Below are positions 34,801 to 44,959 of a stretch of DNA of 64,000 nucleotides, one piece after another. The stretch is from Nitrosopumilaceae archaeon (lineage in GTDB: Archaea; Thermoproteota; Nitrososphaeria; Nitrososphaerales; Nitrosopumilaceae), in the NCBI GenBank assembly GCA_965209085.1, contig OZ242376.1:1184001-1248000 (forward strand), in the 5' to 3' direction. Numbering within the stretch: the first letter of the stretch is position 1; every line of letters starts with the position of its first letter. The position numbers and the translations under genes are program-made. Below the pieces are notes generated by a model. It saw nothing but the letters and a program-made list of their open reading frames with translations. It searched no databases and was not told the origin of the DNA.

Positions 34801-35238
34801 ATGGATCCAAAAATGCTCGGCATATTAAATGCCATATCTGTGGGAGATCTTGATGATTCTGATTGGATAACATACATTGCAATGGTTTTAACCGATGTGC
34901 CTCCAACCGATTGGACGGATCAGGATAAACTACAATTCAGTACAAACCTTGCAGAATTTGCAGCCAAATTCAAACGTATATTGGCAATACATGTTGATAA
35001 AATTAAAAAATCTGGCAGCGTACTACATCGTATTACCATTACAGAAAATACCGGACAAGAGTATATGAGCATGATACAATTAGATGATAAATATGGAACT
35101 AAATTCAAAACGGACGTACATAAATTAATCTCAAAAATAAAAAATGATAAAAATATTAAAACAGAAGAAAATGCCATTAACACAATTTTAGCTATACTTG
35201 GAAAAAAACTAGGTGTAAAAATTGCCAATACCGAATAA
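31801..35238 (+). CDS. Large P-loop ATPase (SspC/BrxC-like)
   Basis: GPYGSGKS, LLLDEFGK, EWSKVQGRF, YPLHP, GQHERTL and PPFGIK; ATGA overlap with the upstream gene. Confidence 0.85.
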   Translation: MKIKSTKTHKATPLTSIVQPKSEYVRSANVERDTFTLDAFAHYVSDSTIVDVIRRVVVSMNKSKSGRAFSITGPYGSGKSTLAVFLEGLLSAKKDPAYEQSKKFLDSISSEVSEILEDGRHILTAQRNGFIRCTITSQSEPVSISVIRALDRGARKYFGNKYSNKHFATASALHNAINVVENATIKGNIAEIPDARSIRYIVAGMCEKAPVLLLLDEFGKNMEYFAKNDSVADMYLLQMLAEYGSGKKALPLFLITLQHMAFEEYSEGISAPNRREWSKVQGRFDDIPFSNSPQQTWELISNSIDISPFPLSLKTWSKNQHKKLLKITNKSIPSTLQIGNCYPLHPLSLVTLPELCTRYGQHERTLLSFMVGSGKNTVHDFLDNNNWDPQNPSTVGLDVLYDYFISGHRSVHNHTSANITLLMEIHLVIRDSHGLSNLASKVLKTIGLLNLLSISGPLRASSSMLEYAIGKDYQSAIQELRQRSIITYREYADEFRVWRGTDVDLQSSIDIIRHRYTKTPLHEILEKVQNLDSMVAARHGIRKGTMRTFERGFLDNKGNRIYEPENDDGLVLYSSGDMVQSTKKIAKPVIIVESRDDLLPLRHSAIDALSIKEILDTDPNVSKDWVARKELWERMEWATSSVEEEFRRAYDQNATWWYINPPNGKKIKLSGTGGMAISQASDLAYDMMPRILNEMINRNHLSAQSSRARALLVNSMINHEHDIRFNIKGWGPERAMYEAIFANTKLHIKSSKNWNLVESGGKFKNVWIHVMKYLGSNKERRINLNEIYMELQKPPFGIKLGLIPIIIISMFVASHNKIALYEHGTYCPELEPQILERMYKNPKYFEFKYFGDKMNLRRSIITAVAKEMEITSKSNNVEILDIVGKLVKTIVKLQKYTKHTKSFKDKHTLKVRDAIINATEPDTLLFDLLPQALNIDLFGKHANVRTINKFAKNLARSLHLLENTYDGMINDLVIELLDVSGIGKKEDLVSVAANLKNQIKMDPKMLGILNAISVGDLDDSDWITYIAMVLTDVPPTDWTDQDKLQFSTNLAEFAAKFKRILAIHVDKIKKSGSVLHRITITENTGQEYMSMIQLDDKYGTKFKTDVHKLISKIKNDKNIKTEENAINTILAILGKKLGVKIANTE

Positions 35239-36286
35239 TCTACCCCCCAATATTATGAAATTAAATATGACAAAATATGTTATAATATCATCGATTGTGC
35301 TTTTACTAGTTATCTCTAATGTAGGTATCGCACACATGCAAAATTCCAATACCATCCCTTCATGGATAAAAAATAATGCAAAATGGTGGAGTGATGGCGC
35401 AATTACAGATAATGAGTATATATCATCTTTAGAATATCTCATCGAACATAAAATAATAAAAATTGAAAATGATTTACAACAAAGTACAGAAATAATCGAT
35501 AATGGTGAATTTTACATAACTTATGATCCAAATCTAAACACCGCATATGAAGGGATAGATATAGCTCTCAGATATTTACAAGAGTATGAAATTTTAGAAA
35601 ATGAAGTTGAATTTCTTAATGAACATTTACGTTTACCCTATGATGTTGAAATTTTAGCTACAGAATGTGGAGAAATAAATACATTATATTATCCTGATGA
35701 AAAACAAATTGTAATATGTTATGAATTTGTAGATTATGTTTTTGAGCTATATCATTATTATAATGAATATGATGAAAATGATGATTATGTAAGTAATTAT
35801 GCATATTCAGTAATTATTGGAGCATTTTATCACGAATTAGGCCATGCATTAATTGACATATATCAATTACCAATTTCGGGTTTGGAAGAAAATGTTGTTG
35901 ATCAATTTTCTGTATATATGATGGATTTTTTTGTTGGTGATGATTATAACTGGTCAGGAGCTGATATGATACTTGCTAACGGATATAGTTATGATTTAGA
36001 AAATGCCTGGCTGAATGAATTTGAAGATGCCTATGAAGAACGCATATATCATGATACTCATGGATTAGATGCTCAAAGAAAATATAATCTGTATTGTTGG
36101 GGATATGGATCAAATATCATAGAATATGAATTCATGATAACGGAGGGACATTTGCCAGAAGAGCGTGCATATAATTGTGAATTAGAATATAGTCAAATAG
36201 TTGATGCATGGCAATATTTCTTAGATGATTATGATTACGGATTTTTTGAGTTAAATTCTGAACTAGAATGGAATTCTTCATCATAG
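35222..36286 (+). CDS. Secreted DUF4344-like metallopeptidase with thaumarchaeal IPxWIKNNAxWW domain (start probably ~35254-35267)
   Basis: Signal helix, IPSWIKNNAKWWSDG, ECGEINxxY, HELGH, EENVVD and HGLDAQR..NLYC. Confidence 0.82.
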   Translation: MPIPNNLPPNIMKLNMTKYVIISSIVLLLVISNVGIAHMQNSNTIPSWIKNNAKWWSDGAITDNEYISSLEYLIEHKIIKIENDLQQSTEIIDNGEFYITYDPNLNTAYEGIDIALRYLQEYEILENEVEFLNEHLRLPYDVEILATECGEINTLYYPDEKQIVICYEFVDYVFELYHYYNEYDENDDYVSNYAYSVIIGAFYHELGHALIDIYQLPISGLEENVVDQFSVYMMDFFVGDDYNWSGADMILANGYSYDLENAWLNEFEDAYEERIYHDTHGLDAQRKYNLYCWGYGSNIIEYEFMITEGHLPEERAYNCELEYSQIVDAWQYFLDDYDYGFFELNSELEWNSSS

Positions 36287-36355
36287 AATGCCTGATGATT
36301 AGATATGATCAACAGAATTTAACATTCAACATTTTATTATGACCCATGTTATGAT

Positions 36356-37162
36356 ATGATCATGGGAGATATTCCAACTAGAGATGACATAAGCATAGGC
36401 TCATCAGTACATGTAATCTGCAAAAATGATCAAAAAAGTGGTAAAATCACAAAAGGTATCGTTAAAAAAATATTAACAAAGTCACACGATCATCCATATG
36501 GAATAAAAGTAGAACTTGAAGACGGTAAAATCGGCAGAGTAAATAAAATTGAAACTCGTAACATCACATCTGCAGTAATAAATAACAAAACAAATCCAAA
36601 TGAATCCATTTTTGAATTACTTGATGAAAAAATTATACCGAATACAGAAGATACACAAAATGAATTCAAAGAATTTTATCAATACGATGAAGATATGGCA
36701 AAAATACCATTAAATATGTCGAATAGAAATTCAATAATAAACACAAAAGCTAAAGTTGTTCAAAAAAGATTTGTTATTGCAGTTTGTGCATTTGGCAATA
36801 GCCAAATAGGTGGTTTTGTTTACATCGGAATCGATGCTAAAGGGAAAATTATGGGGTTAGATAGAGATATGAAATTTGGAAAATTTTCAAATTATACTGA
36901 TGAATTTGCAAATCATGTAAGGGATACACTTGGCCATTATTTGCAAAATAGATCTTTTGTTGTCAGTAAATTAAAATTTGAATTTACAAAAAGAAATGAT
37001 AAAACCATATGCATAATACAAGTATCTCCATCAGATGATGCATTATTTTTTACTGATGGTAAATTATCCGAATTTTATGTACGTGGACCAGCGCCAAGAG
37101 CTGAACATCTTACTGGTAAAGATATGGCCACATATATTATGGGCAGATTTCAAAATAATTGA
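36356..37162 (+). CDS. YwbE domain fused to AlbA_2/Schlafen-like domain
   Basis: N-terminal YwbE motif, then EDTQNEFKE, AVCAFGN..GGFVYIGID and FYVRG. Confidence 0.8.
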   Translation: MIMGDIPTRDDISIGSSVHVICKNDQKSGKITKGIVKKILTKSHDHPYGIKVELEDGKIGRVNKIETRNITSAVINNKTNPNESIFELLDEKIIPNTEDTQNEFKEFYQYDEDMAKIPLNMSNRNSIINTKAKVVQKRFVIAVCAFGNSQIGGFVYIGIDAKGKIMGLDRDMKFGKFSNYTDEFANHVRDTLGHYLQNRSFVVSKLKFEFTKRNDKTICIIQVSPSDDALFFTDGKLSEFYVRGPAPRAEHLTGKDMATYIMGRFQNN

Positions 37163-37353
37163 TTATTAGTATAACCTAAAACAAATAGATGATATATGAT
37201 ATTTTAACACAATAAAAAGATTATATCGGATACATAATTGATCAAGTTCATAATTTTATGAGCAAAAATGACGTATTTGAACGATTATGTATACGGTCGA
37301 ATGGTTTAGAATGCCAATTATGAAATTAATCATATACATAATACTATTAAGTA

Positions 37354-39111
37354 GTGTGGCGTCTAAAATTATCTGTGGGAACTGCAAAATTAGTAGAACT
37401 AAGTGAAAAACAAATACGAGACATATTTGGACATGAACATCATTATCAAGTTCCAAAATATCAAAGAGAATATTCATGGTCAGATGAACAAATTAGTGAA
37501 TTTATGTCTGATTTGTTTGAACATGTGGATAACGAATTAGAAAATTATTATTATTTTGGAACAATTTATCTTATTGGTATTAATGATAAAAATGAGGAAT
37601 GGATGGTTGTCGATGGTCAACAACGCATAACTACATCACTCATTTTTCTTACTGTTGTTCGTGACATAATTAGAGAATTTGATAAAAATGACTATGCAAA
37701 TGAAATTGATCGATATATAAAATATCAACACGAATCAGAATATAAAATACGTTTAGAATTAAATACTAGAAATAATGATTTTTTTAAAAATAATATGATG
37801 ACAGATAGGACAACTGATCAAAAATTTTTATCGTTCAAATCTGCTGAAAGTCAAAATAAAAATCTTGTTGATGCATATACAAATATTTATGAACATATAC
37901 AGAATAAAATTAATAAATTAACAAAACAAGATATAAAATTAGAATATTTGAAAAATACTGTAGAATATTTTCTGAAATATTTTATTGTGACTCAAAATAT
38001 TGTTGAATCACATGAAGTCGTTCAAGAAATTTTCGATACAGTAAATCATAGAGGAATACAATTATCGGAAATGGATTTTGTTAAAAATGAAATACTAGAA
38101 CTAATTGAACAAGATAAAGATGAAAATGAAGATGTTGGAGAATGGAATCAACAGTGGATAGAAATTTTAAATATTCTAAATATGATCAAAGTAAAAGAAA
38201 CTCAATTTCTTCGACATTATTTATTAGCATATCATAAAAAAACTGCAATGAAAAATGTTGCCAATACAATTATTTCTATTGTTGAAGATGGAATACCACC
38301 GACAGAATTTATTAAAGAATTACGCTCTACAGTAACAAACTATGCTATACTAAAGAATCCACCATCATTCCGTGAAAACAGGAAATTACATAATAGTTTG
38401 AATGCAGTAATATCATTAGAATCACAGACATTATATCCTGCATTGTTAGTTGGATATGAAAAATTAGGAGATAGTGAACTATTTATCAAATTGACAGATA
38501 TGTTAGTAAAATATTTTTTTAGAGCTAGAACGATATATCATAAAGAATCCCACAATATTGAAAACGCCATAGTGAAAATCTGTGTTATGCTAAGAACAAT
38601 CCCAGATACTCCATCACAAGATGTCTTGGAAGGTATCAAAAACTATCTTCATTCCCCAAAAATAAATCCGTCTGATGATGATTTTGTGTCTGCTTTTAAA
38701 ATATGCACAATAAAAAATGAAAGTACCGCAATCTATATTCTAAGTAAACTAAATGAAGCAATGTCTGGTCATGATCAAATTGACAATCCATTTTTAGAGT
38801 ACATAATGCCAAAAATGATTACAGATACTAAATGGGATGAATATTTAAGGGGTAAATTAAGAATAAGTGATATCAATGATCGTAAAATTTATCATTTAAA
38901 TAATTTATATAAAATTGGAAATATGACTTTACTTAATACACAACATGTGCCCAGTTCAGATTATATCGATATAAAAATAAGTACAATATATAATGATGAA
39001 AAAATACTAATGACAAACTCTTTGAAAAAATTTATCAAGTGGGATGAAGAAGATATTAAAGAACGTCAAGAAATGTTTTCAAAGTTAGCTAGAAAAATTT
39101 GGCAATTATAG
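37354..39111 (+). CDS. DUF262-DUF1524 (GmrSD/SspE-like) protein with degenerate HNH
   Basis: VPKYQREYSW, VDGQQR and FDTVNHRG; the C-terminus has LEYIMP (normally EHIxP) and IGNMTLL. Confidence 0.85.
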   Translation: MWRLKLSVGTAKLVELSEKQIRDIFGHEHHYQVPKYQREYSWSDEQISEFMSDLFEHVDNELENYYYFGTIYLIGINDKNEEWMVVDGQQRITTSLIFLTVVRDIIREFDKNDYANEIDRYIKYQHESEYKIRLELNTRNNDFFKNNMMTDRTTDQKFLSFKSAESQNKNLVDAYTNIYEHIQNKINKLTKQDIKLEYLKNTVEYFLKYFIVTQNIVESHEVVQEIFDTVNHRGIQLSEMDFVKNEILELIEQDKDENEDVGEWNQQWIEILNILNMIKVKETQFLRHYLLAYHKKTAMKNVANTIISIVEDGIPPTEFIKELRSTVTNYAILKNPPSFRENRKLHNSLNAVISLESQTLYPALLVGYEKLGDSELFIKLTDMLVKYFFRARTIYHKESHNIENAIVKICVMLRTIPDTPSQDVLEGIKNYLHSPKINPSDDDFVSAFKICTIKNESTAIYILSKLNEAMSGHDQIDNPFLEYIMPKMITDTKWDEYLRGKLRISDINDRKIYHLNNLYKIGNMTLLNTQHVPSSDYIDIKISTIYNDEKILMTNSLKKFIKWDEEDIKERQEMFSKLARKIWQL

Positions 39112-39283
39112 TAATAGATGATTATCAATTTAAAGATTCCAGCATACAAACGCATGACCGTTGATCATAATAAAATATTTGCTAGATGAAGAATGCATAT
39201 AGTATAAGAATTTATAATTTACATTTTATCATAAACACAACGAATACAATCTCCAAAGTAACAATTACCCCACATTATTGTTT

Positions 39284-40322
39284 CTAAAAAATTAGATAAT
39301 CGTGCAGTTTGACAAGTTTCATCTGTTTGGACAGTATGACCTTGTCAATTTTCTTTTTCAGGTGTCTGATCGATTCAAAATGCCCATTTGATATGCATTT
39401 TCGTAAAACACGCCACTGGATTTCTATAGGATTCAGCTCTGACGTATACGGTGGAAGATAAATTAACCTGATTCGTCCTTTTCTAGATTTGACGTATTCG
39501 AATACGTCACAGTGGCGATGATAAGAGGCATTATCGTACACTATTGTCACATGATCAAACTCTTTTTCCAGGATTTTTATAAAATCCAAATGGCTGTCTT
39601 TGTTTGCTTTATCGTAAAACTCGAATATGAAAGAATCCTTGTTCAAGCTCCAAACATGGTTATTCTGTGTCTAGTCGGATCCAATGGAACTTGGGGTTTG
39701 CTGCCTATGAGGTACCATGTGTCACGGATATTGGTTGTTGGATGCAGATGAATCTCATCCATAGCCACGGTTACTGCTCAGTGTGCCTCTCTGCCAATGT
39801 GCCTAGCTTTTTTCTAAAGTGCTCCTGTTCACTCTTTGATGCATCTTTGGGATGGTACTGACGGGGTTTTTGAATTGTAAATCCAAGACGTTTGAGTAGA
39901 TTTTGTACAAAACGAGGGACATATTTTACTTTGAATTTTTTTCAGATGTGATCCGTTACCATTACAGTAGACCATGCGGACTGACCATATCTGTATTTTT
40001 CAGGTACGGCAATCAGATCCTTTGTTAGTTTTTCAAGCTGTTTTTCTAAAAAATAGCATCCCCTGCCAAGATGTTTTATGTTGTATCTGAAGGTTAGTCA
40101 TCCTCCATTACCCGTATGAGCCATTTGCATATTGTTGTCTTTTTTACGCCAAGTTCCTCGCCAATTTCCTCTCATTGTTTTACCCTATTTTCTTTTAATC
40201 CATGAGAGAAGACGCTGTTTTGCAACTGGAATCTTTTCTTTTGCATGACAATTTCTAAGATATGCGATGCTCATGTTTGGCATGAACTTGATGCCTGCCG
40301 GAATTCTGTTCTGTCGTGTCAT
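39284..40322 (-). pseudogene. IS630-family transposase pseudogene (second subtype)
   Basis: DEIH, YDNASYH and YLPPYTSELNPIEIQW; multiple frameshifts upstream. Confidence 0.85.
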
Positions 40323-40413
40323 ATTTGCTCTGAAACCTGATGCGATCTAAACGTAGCGGTCAAATTTTTGTTAGAGTGGTTGAATGTAATTGACAACTTC
40401 TTATGCTATATCA

Positions 40414-42162
40414 CTAGTTTTCTAACGTTTTCATTAATTCAGCAAGACGCCTACTCCAATCAAATCTGACATTTCTTAAATTTCTCAGTTCATCATCCGA
40501 TAGACTATGATTTTCATAATATGCCCAGGATACAAACATCAAATTTATAGCTACACGTAACTTATTCATGATATTTTTGATATCCTTCATATCAATATCT
40601 TCTGGAATTTTTTCAATGGCTCCAACTATGTGCTTATAGGCTGGATGAAGTTCATTTAATGTTATTATAGTAAGTCCACTTTGAAAATCAACATCAAAGA
40701 AATAATTGTTAGCTAATTGTGCAGTTATAAGTTGAGTTTTCACTTTGTTCGTTAACATTAGTTTAGCTTCTACAGATGCTTTTTCAGGATCAAATATTTT
40801 GGAAAGTGCTTCAGTTAAAACTTTTTCTTTCTCATCATTTGACATGTTTTCTTGTTCTTCAGTCCTAGTTGGACTTGTGTCTGTATCAGGATAAAGATTG
40901 GAATCACGGTCAGAATTTTTTTTAGGACCCGCATTTGTACGCTTAATTCTAGTTCTCATGGCACGAATTCTAGCGTTTATGTGTATCACTAATTTTCGTA
41001 AATCGTCTAAGTCATCATCATCATCATCATAATCTTGTTGTTCTTCATTACGAGATATTGCACCAATTTCCTGAGTCATAGCAGAAAAATTATTGGCATC
41101 CTGTTTAGTATTGGATACACCAAACACATCATCTAATGCAGTAGGAAATTCTAGTTCAACACCCCACCATCGTTCTAACGGATCATATGTTTGGCACAAG
41201 TTGGTATCGACGTATAACTCTCGATTTGCACGTATTAATGAGACTCCTAGGTTAGAATTAGCATGTTTACCATGAGTGAGACTTCCTGCTAATTGACCGT
41301 TTATCGGTGTTCTTGCTTCTTTGGTTGCAAACGTACAGCGGATTATTACATCATGACCATCCACAGATACAACATCCTCTAATTTATCACCATCAATCTG
41401 AAACATGGGGGTTTTGTCCCACGGGGTCGGTAGCCTTGTCGGAACCATTTGATAAAGTGGATCATTTGGGTGTATGTTATGAGTTTCAGCCATTTCATTA
41501 GTGTCAAGATCAAAAGTTACAACACTGATTTTAAGATTATTATTATGGATAAATTTTCGATATATTCTACCAACAAGTTTTTCTAAATTTTTTACCAATG
41601 TTTTTGATTTTTTAGATCGAATTTTATCTATATCTTCCCAAATAACCATAGTTCCTGATTTTGAATTTTTAAGATATTTGGATTTATTTTTCCAAAGTTT
41701 TGGCAATTCCGTTTTTTGTGGTTCCGTGGATCCTAAACCATCGGTAATACTATCAATAATGTTTATTTCTGAAAATAATACTTCATTAGGATTTAACCAT
41801 GAATATACAGTAACATGTTTACATTGGGACATAGATGATTGTGGGAGTCCTAATCCAAATTTACCAATTCCTTTTGTTTCACGATGTGTACCAGCACCAG
41901 CTGTAAGAGAATCCCACAATTCATTTTTATTCATTCCAACGCCATCATCGATTATTGCAATTTTTTCTAAACGTTTTGTAATCCTCTGGGATGAATAATT
42001 TTGTTTTTCTGCACATAAGATCTCAATATGTTTGGATTCGGCCTCTACTGAATTATCTATTATTTCGGCAAGTGCATATATTGTATTTCTATATGAAACA
42101 CTACGCATCGATGTAGCAAGTTGCTGGCCAGTATAAACGGGACGAATGTTAGTCATTACCAA
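40414..42162 (-). CDS. GHKL/MORC-like ATPase (HATPase_c_3)
   Basis: ALAEIIDNS, DDGVGM, GKFGLGL and SGTMVIW; C-terminal LNELHPAY. Confidence 0.88.
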   Translation of the reverse strand: MVMTNIRPVYTGQQLATSMRSVSYRNTIYALAEIIDNSVEAESKHIEILCAEKQNYSSQRITKRLEKIAIIDDGVGMNKNELWDSLTAGAGTHRETKGIGKFGLGLPQSSMSQCKHVTVYSWLNPNEVLFSEINIIDSITDGLGSTEPQKTELPKLWKNKSKYLKNSKSGTMVIWEDIDKIRSKKSKTLVKNLEKLVGRIYRKFIHNNNLKISVVTFDLDTNEMAETHNIHPNDPLYQMVPTRLPTPWDKTPMFQIDGDKLEDVVSVDGHDVIIRCTFATKEARTPINGQLAGSLTHGKHANSNLGVSLIRANRELYVDTNLCQTYDPLERWWGVELEFPTALDDVFGVSNTKQDANNFSAMTQEIGAISRNEEQQDYDDDDDDLDDLRKLVIHINARIRAMRTRIKRTNAGPKKNSDRDSNLYPDTDTSPTRTEEQENMSNDEKEKVLTEALSKIFDPEKASVEAKLMLTNKVKTQLITAQLANNYFFDVDFQSGLTIITLNELHPAYKHIVGAIEKIPEDIDMKDIKNIMNKLRVAINLMFVSWAYYENHSLSDDELRNLRNVRFDWSRRLAELMKTLEN

Positions 42163-43790
42163 ACATCATCCCATTTAAAAAAAGCGTCTACAGGATCAGT
42201 GAATTGTGATAACGCATTATCTTTAATTACACGTATGTCACATTCTTTATTTCCGCCAACATTAATTCCACGCATAGCTCTGCCCACCATTTGACTGTAC
42301 AAAACAAGCGATTTTGTCGGTCTTGCAATTACAACTGCAGATGTTTTTGGGGCATCGAATCCAGTAGTAAATACTCCAACATTACACATGATTATTACAT
42401 CATCTGTTTCGGATTTATATTCGTTGATTAGTTGACTTTTAGTAATTGGATCAGTATCTGCATCAATATGGAATGATTTATGTTTAAGATACGTTAGAAT
42501 TATAGATATATCTCTAGAATTTTTAACACTAGCACCAAATACAATTATTCTTTTATGTTTTTCTGAGTTTATTAGATCTTTGATCTGACCGATAACCCGA
42601 ATGGTGCGACTAATATCCTTACCAATCTTATCAAGTATTGTATCCGGAATATCCGTGGGGGAATTAAAAATTTTTATTAAATCATCATCAGTTAGTTTTA
42701 TGTCGGATCGTATAGGTGTAATTTTTGGTTTAGACAAATATCCTTTTTTTATAAGATATTTTATTGGATTTTTATATCCAGATATTGTCAAGCTTACCTT
42801 ATTACAATTAAAAAATGATGACAATTCATCACTTTTTGATATCGAGGTTCTTCCAGGAGTCGCACTTAACCCCAATAACGGTATTTTATTAAAACGTTTT
42901 TCTGTTAATTGTTCTAAAATTTCCAAATATGTTGGCGCTATTGCTTGATGGGCTTCATCCATTATCACTAAATCTACACGATCAGCTAACTTACTAAGAA
43001 ATAATTCATCCCGTTTACTTTTTTGAAAAATTTTTCCTAAACTAGCTACAATTAAACCATCTTTATCAACATCAGTATATTTTATTAAATTAGTAGAATG
43101 ATTTCGAAAAAAACGAAATATGCGTATATTTCTATCTCCTGCATTGATCCACGTTTGTTTAAATTCATCAATTGCTTGCTCGCAAAGTTCTTCACTATAT
43201 GCCAACCAAATTATTAATACAGGTTTAGTTCTTGAAAAAAATGTCGATATTACTCGCATTGCAGTAATTGTTTTACCAGAACCAGTGGGCATATGTAAAA
43301 TACAACGCCGTCCATCATCATTATCTAAATAATTTACAATTTCCTCATATGCTTTTCTTTGATAATCAAATAATGATCTTTTTGGCATCACATTTTCTAT
43401 ATCACTTAATGTGGGAGGTTCATCTAATTCTATAGGAATTTTTTCCCCAAAAAATTCAAATAAAATTTTTTCAGATGTACTGTTTTTATTAAATGGGATA
43501 TTATGCATTTCTCTGTATACGTTATCCTCATTTAACTGAACATTTGTTATTTTTTGTAATAATTTTATTAATTCTGACGGACGCATACTATTTAATAATA
43601 ATTCTCTGATTTTTTTAGTTCGTAACATCTCTAGATGTGTATAATGTGAGGAAATGCATTGGCGTAATTTATGTGGATGTTGTAATTGCTCATCACTCAT
43701 CAATTGTATTATTTTAATTGCTTCTTTACTTATGAAATGATCTTGAATGGCAAGTTCACCCAATCGGTTAAAAATATCATCTAATTTCAA
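42156..43790 (-). CDS. SF2 DEAH helicase (ResIII/Helicase_C)
   Basis: LFDYQ, MPTGSGKT, DEAH, LSATP, TGFDAP and QMVGRAMRG; overlaps the GHKL gene. Confidence 0.92.
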   Translation of the reverse strand: MKLDDIFNRLGELAIQDHFISKEAIKIIQLMSDEQLQHPHKLRQCISSHYTHLEMLRTKKIRELLLNSMRPSELIKLLQKITNVQLNEDNVYREMHNIPFNKNSTSEKILFEFFGEKIPIELDEPPTLSDIENVMPKRSLFDYQRKAYEEIVNYLDNDDGRRCILHMPTGSGKTITAMRVISTFFSRTKPVLIIWLAYSEELCEQAIDEFKQTWINAGDRNIRIFRFFRNHSTNLIKYTDVDKDGLIVASLGKIFQKSKRDELFLSKLADRVDLVIMDEAHQAIAPTYLEILEQLTEKRFNKIPLLGLSATPGRTSISKSDELSSFFNCNKVSLTISGYKNPIKYLIKKGYLSKPKITPIRSDIKLTDDDLIKIFNSPTDIPDTILDKIGKDISRTIRVIGQIKDLINSEKHKRIIVFGASVKNSRDISIILTYLKHKSFHIDADTDPITKSQLINEYKSETDDVIIMCNVGVFTTGFDAPKTSAVVIARPTKSLVLYSQMVGRAMRGINVGGNKECDIRVIKDNALSQFTDPVDAFFKWDDVW

Positions 43791-43918
43791 ATCATTATTT
43801 GATCAATTATATAGTATAAAATGTTACCGTGAATACAGCTCTGTTCATGAATGAGTATTTTTTATAAAAATCCGATCAAATTCATTCAAAATCATGCAAC
43901 ATGTACACCAATTCATCA

Positions 43919-44754
43919 TCATCAAGCCCTGCTCATCTTGCCAGTATTGCAAATATTGTGTTTTAGAGTATAGCATACGCTAGGATAGCATCCAACACAA
44001 AGTGTCAGAATCTAGACTGCGGCAGCTAAAATGGGAATATTATGGCACAAGACAAAAAAGCCCAATTCAATTTTCTGTGTTGCAAATTTGCTGGCACTTA
44101 GAATAGAAGAAACCTTCTCTTCATGGATGAAAACATGGCCTCTACATTGCTGCGTTTGTAGTATATGGATAGAAATTCATCAGGATTATCAAGATGCCAT
44201 CGTATCCATTGCGTCAAATCCACGTACACGAACACCTTTTCTTGGCATTATTACAGGAATTTGTCCGGTCTTTTCTATTAGCGTGCATATGTTGCGTGAA
44301 AGGTATGCTGCATCAAGCATCACGTGACCGGAACCGTGCGGCAGTGTGCCACATATTTGCTCAAATATTGGTACATCATGGCATCGTGTATGGGTAATAT
44401 CATATGATATGATGATTATGCTGTTTTCAGCAGTTACAATATACAATTTGCGATAATCCCATCTGAACCTTGATCCATTTTTTGCATAAAGCCACGTGTT
44501 ATGCCCGTTTATTGCAATTCCTGTAGAAACCCAGTACAGTGTACCTTTCATTCCAGGTCTACCTGCAGAATTTATCATCCATGTGATGAAATGCTCATCA
44601 ATTCTAGTAAATGTTACCTGCAACACCGACCTTGACGGCACTCTTTTCAAGCCCAGTATTGATAGTAAACGTGGTGAATCTTCAAGATAATCTACGAGTT
44701 CATCATATAACAATTGTTGCATTGTCTTTAGGGCAATATACGTAGTCATTCCCA
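43919..44754 (-). mobile_element. IS5/IS4-like transposase pseudogene, copy B
   Basis: Inverted near-duplicate of 9690..10538. Confidence 0.8.
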
Positions 44755-44862
44755 GGGGCTGTTTCTAGCGGCGATCTGTATTGGTTTTTGACTCAAATCC
44801 ATTGCGGTGTACATTGTCTTTTTCGTGGTTTGAGGGATTTTTGATTTTTTTGTACATACCAC

Positions 44863-44886
44863 CTCATTGTACAGGGGTCCGCACCA
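44863..44886 (+). repeat. Solo IS3-type right end
   Basis: CTCATTGTACAGGGGTCCGCACCA is identical to the ends at 2580 and 21605. Confidence 0.75.
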
Positions 44887-44959
44887 TTATGCATACGGTT
44901 TACTGCACAAGATGTTTGACCTTGCCAAAAAGATTATTTATTGGATACCAAGGTGTAAT

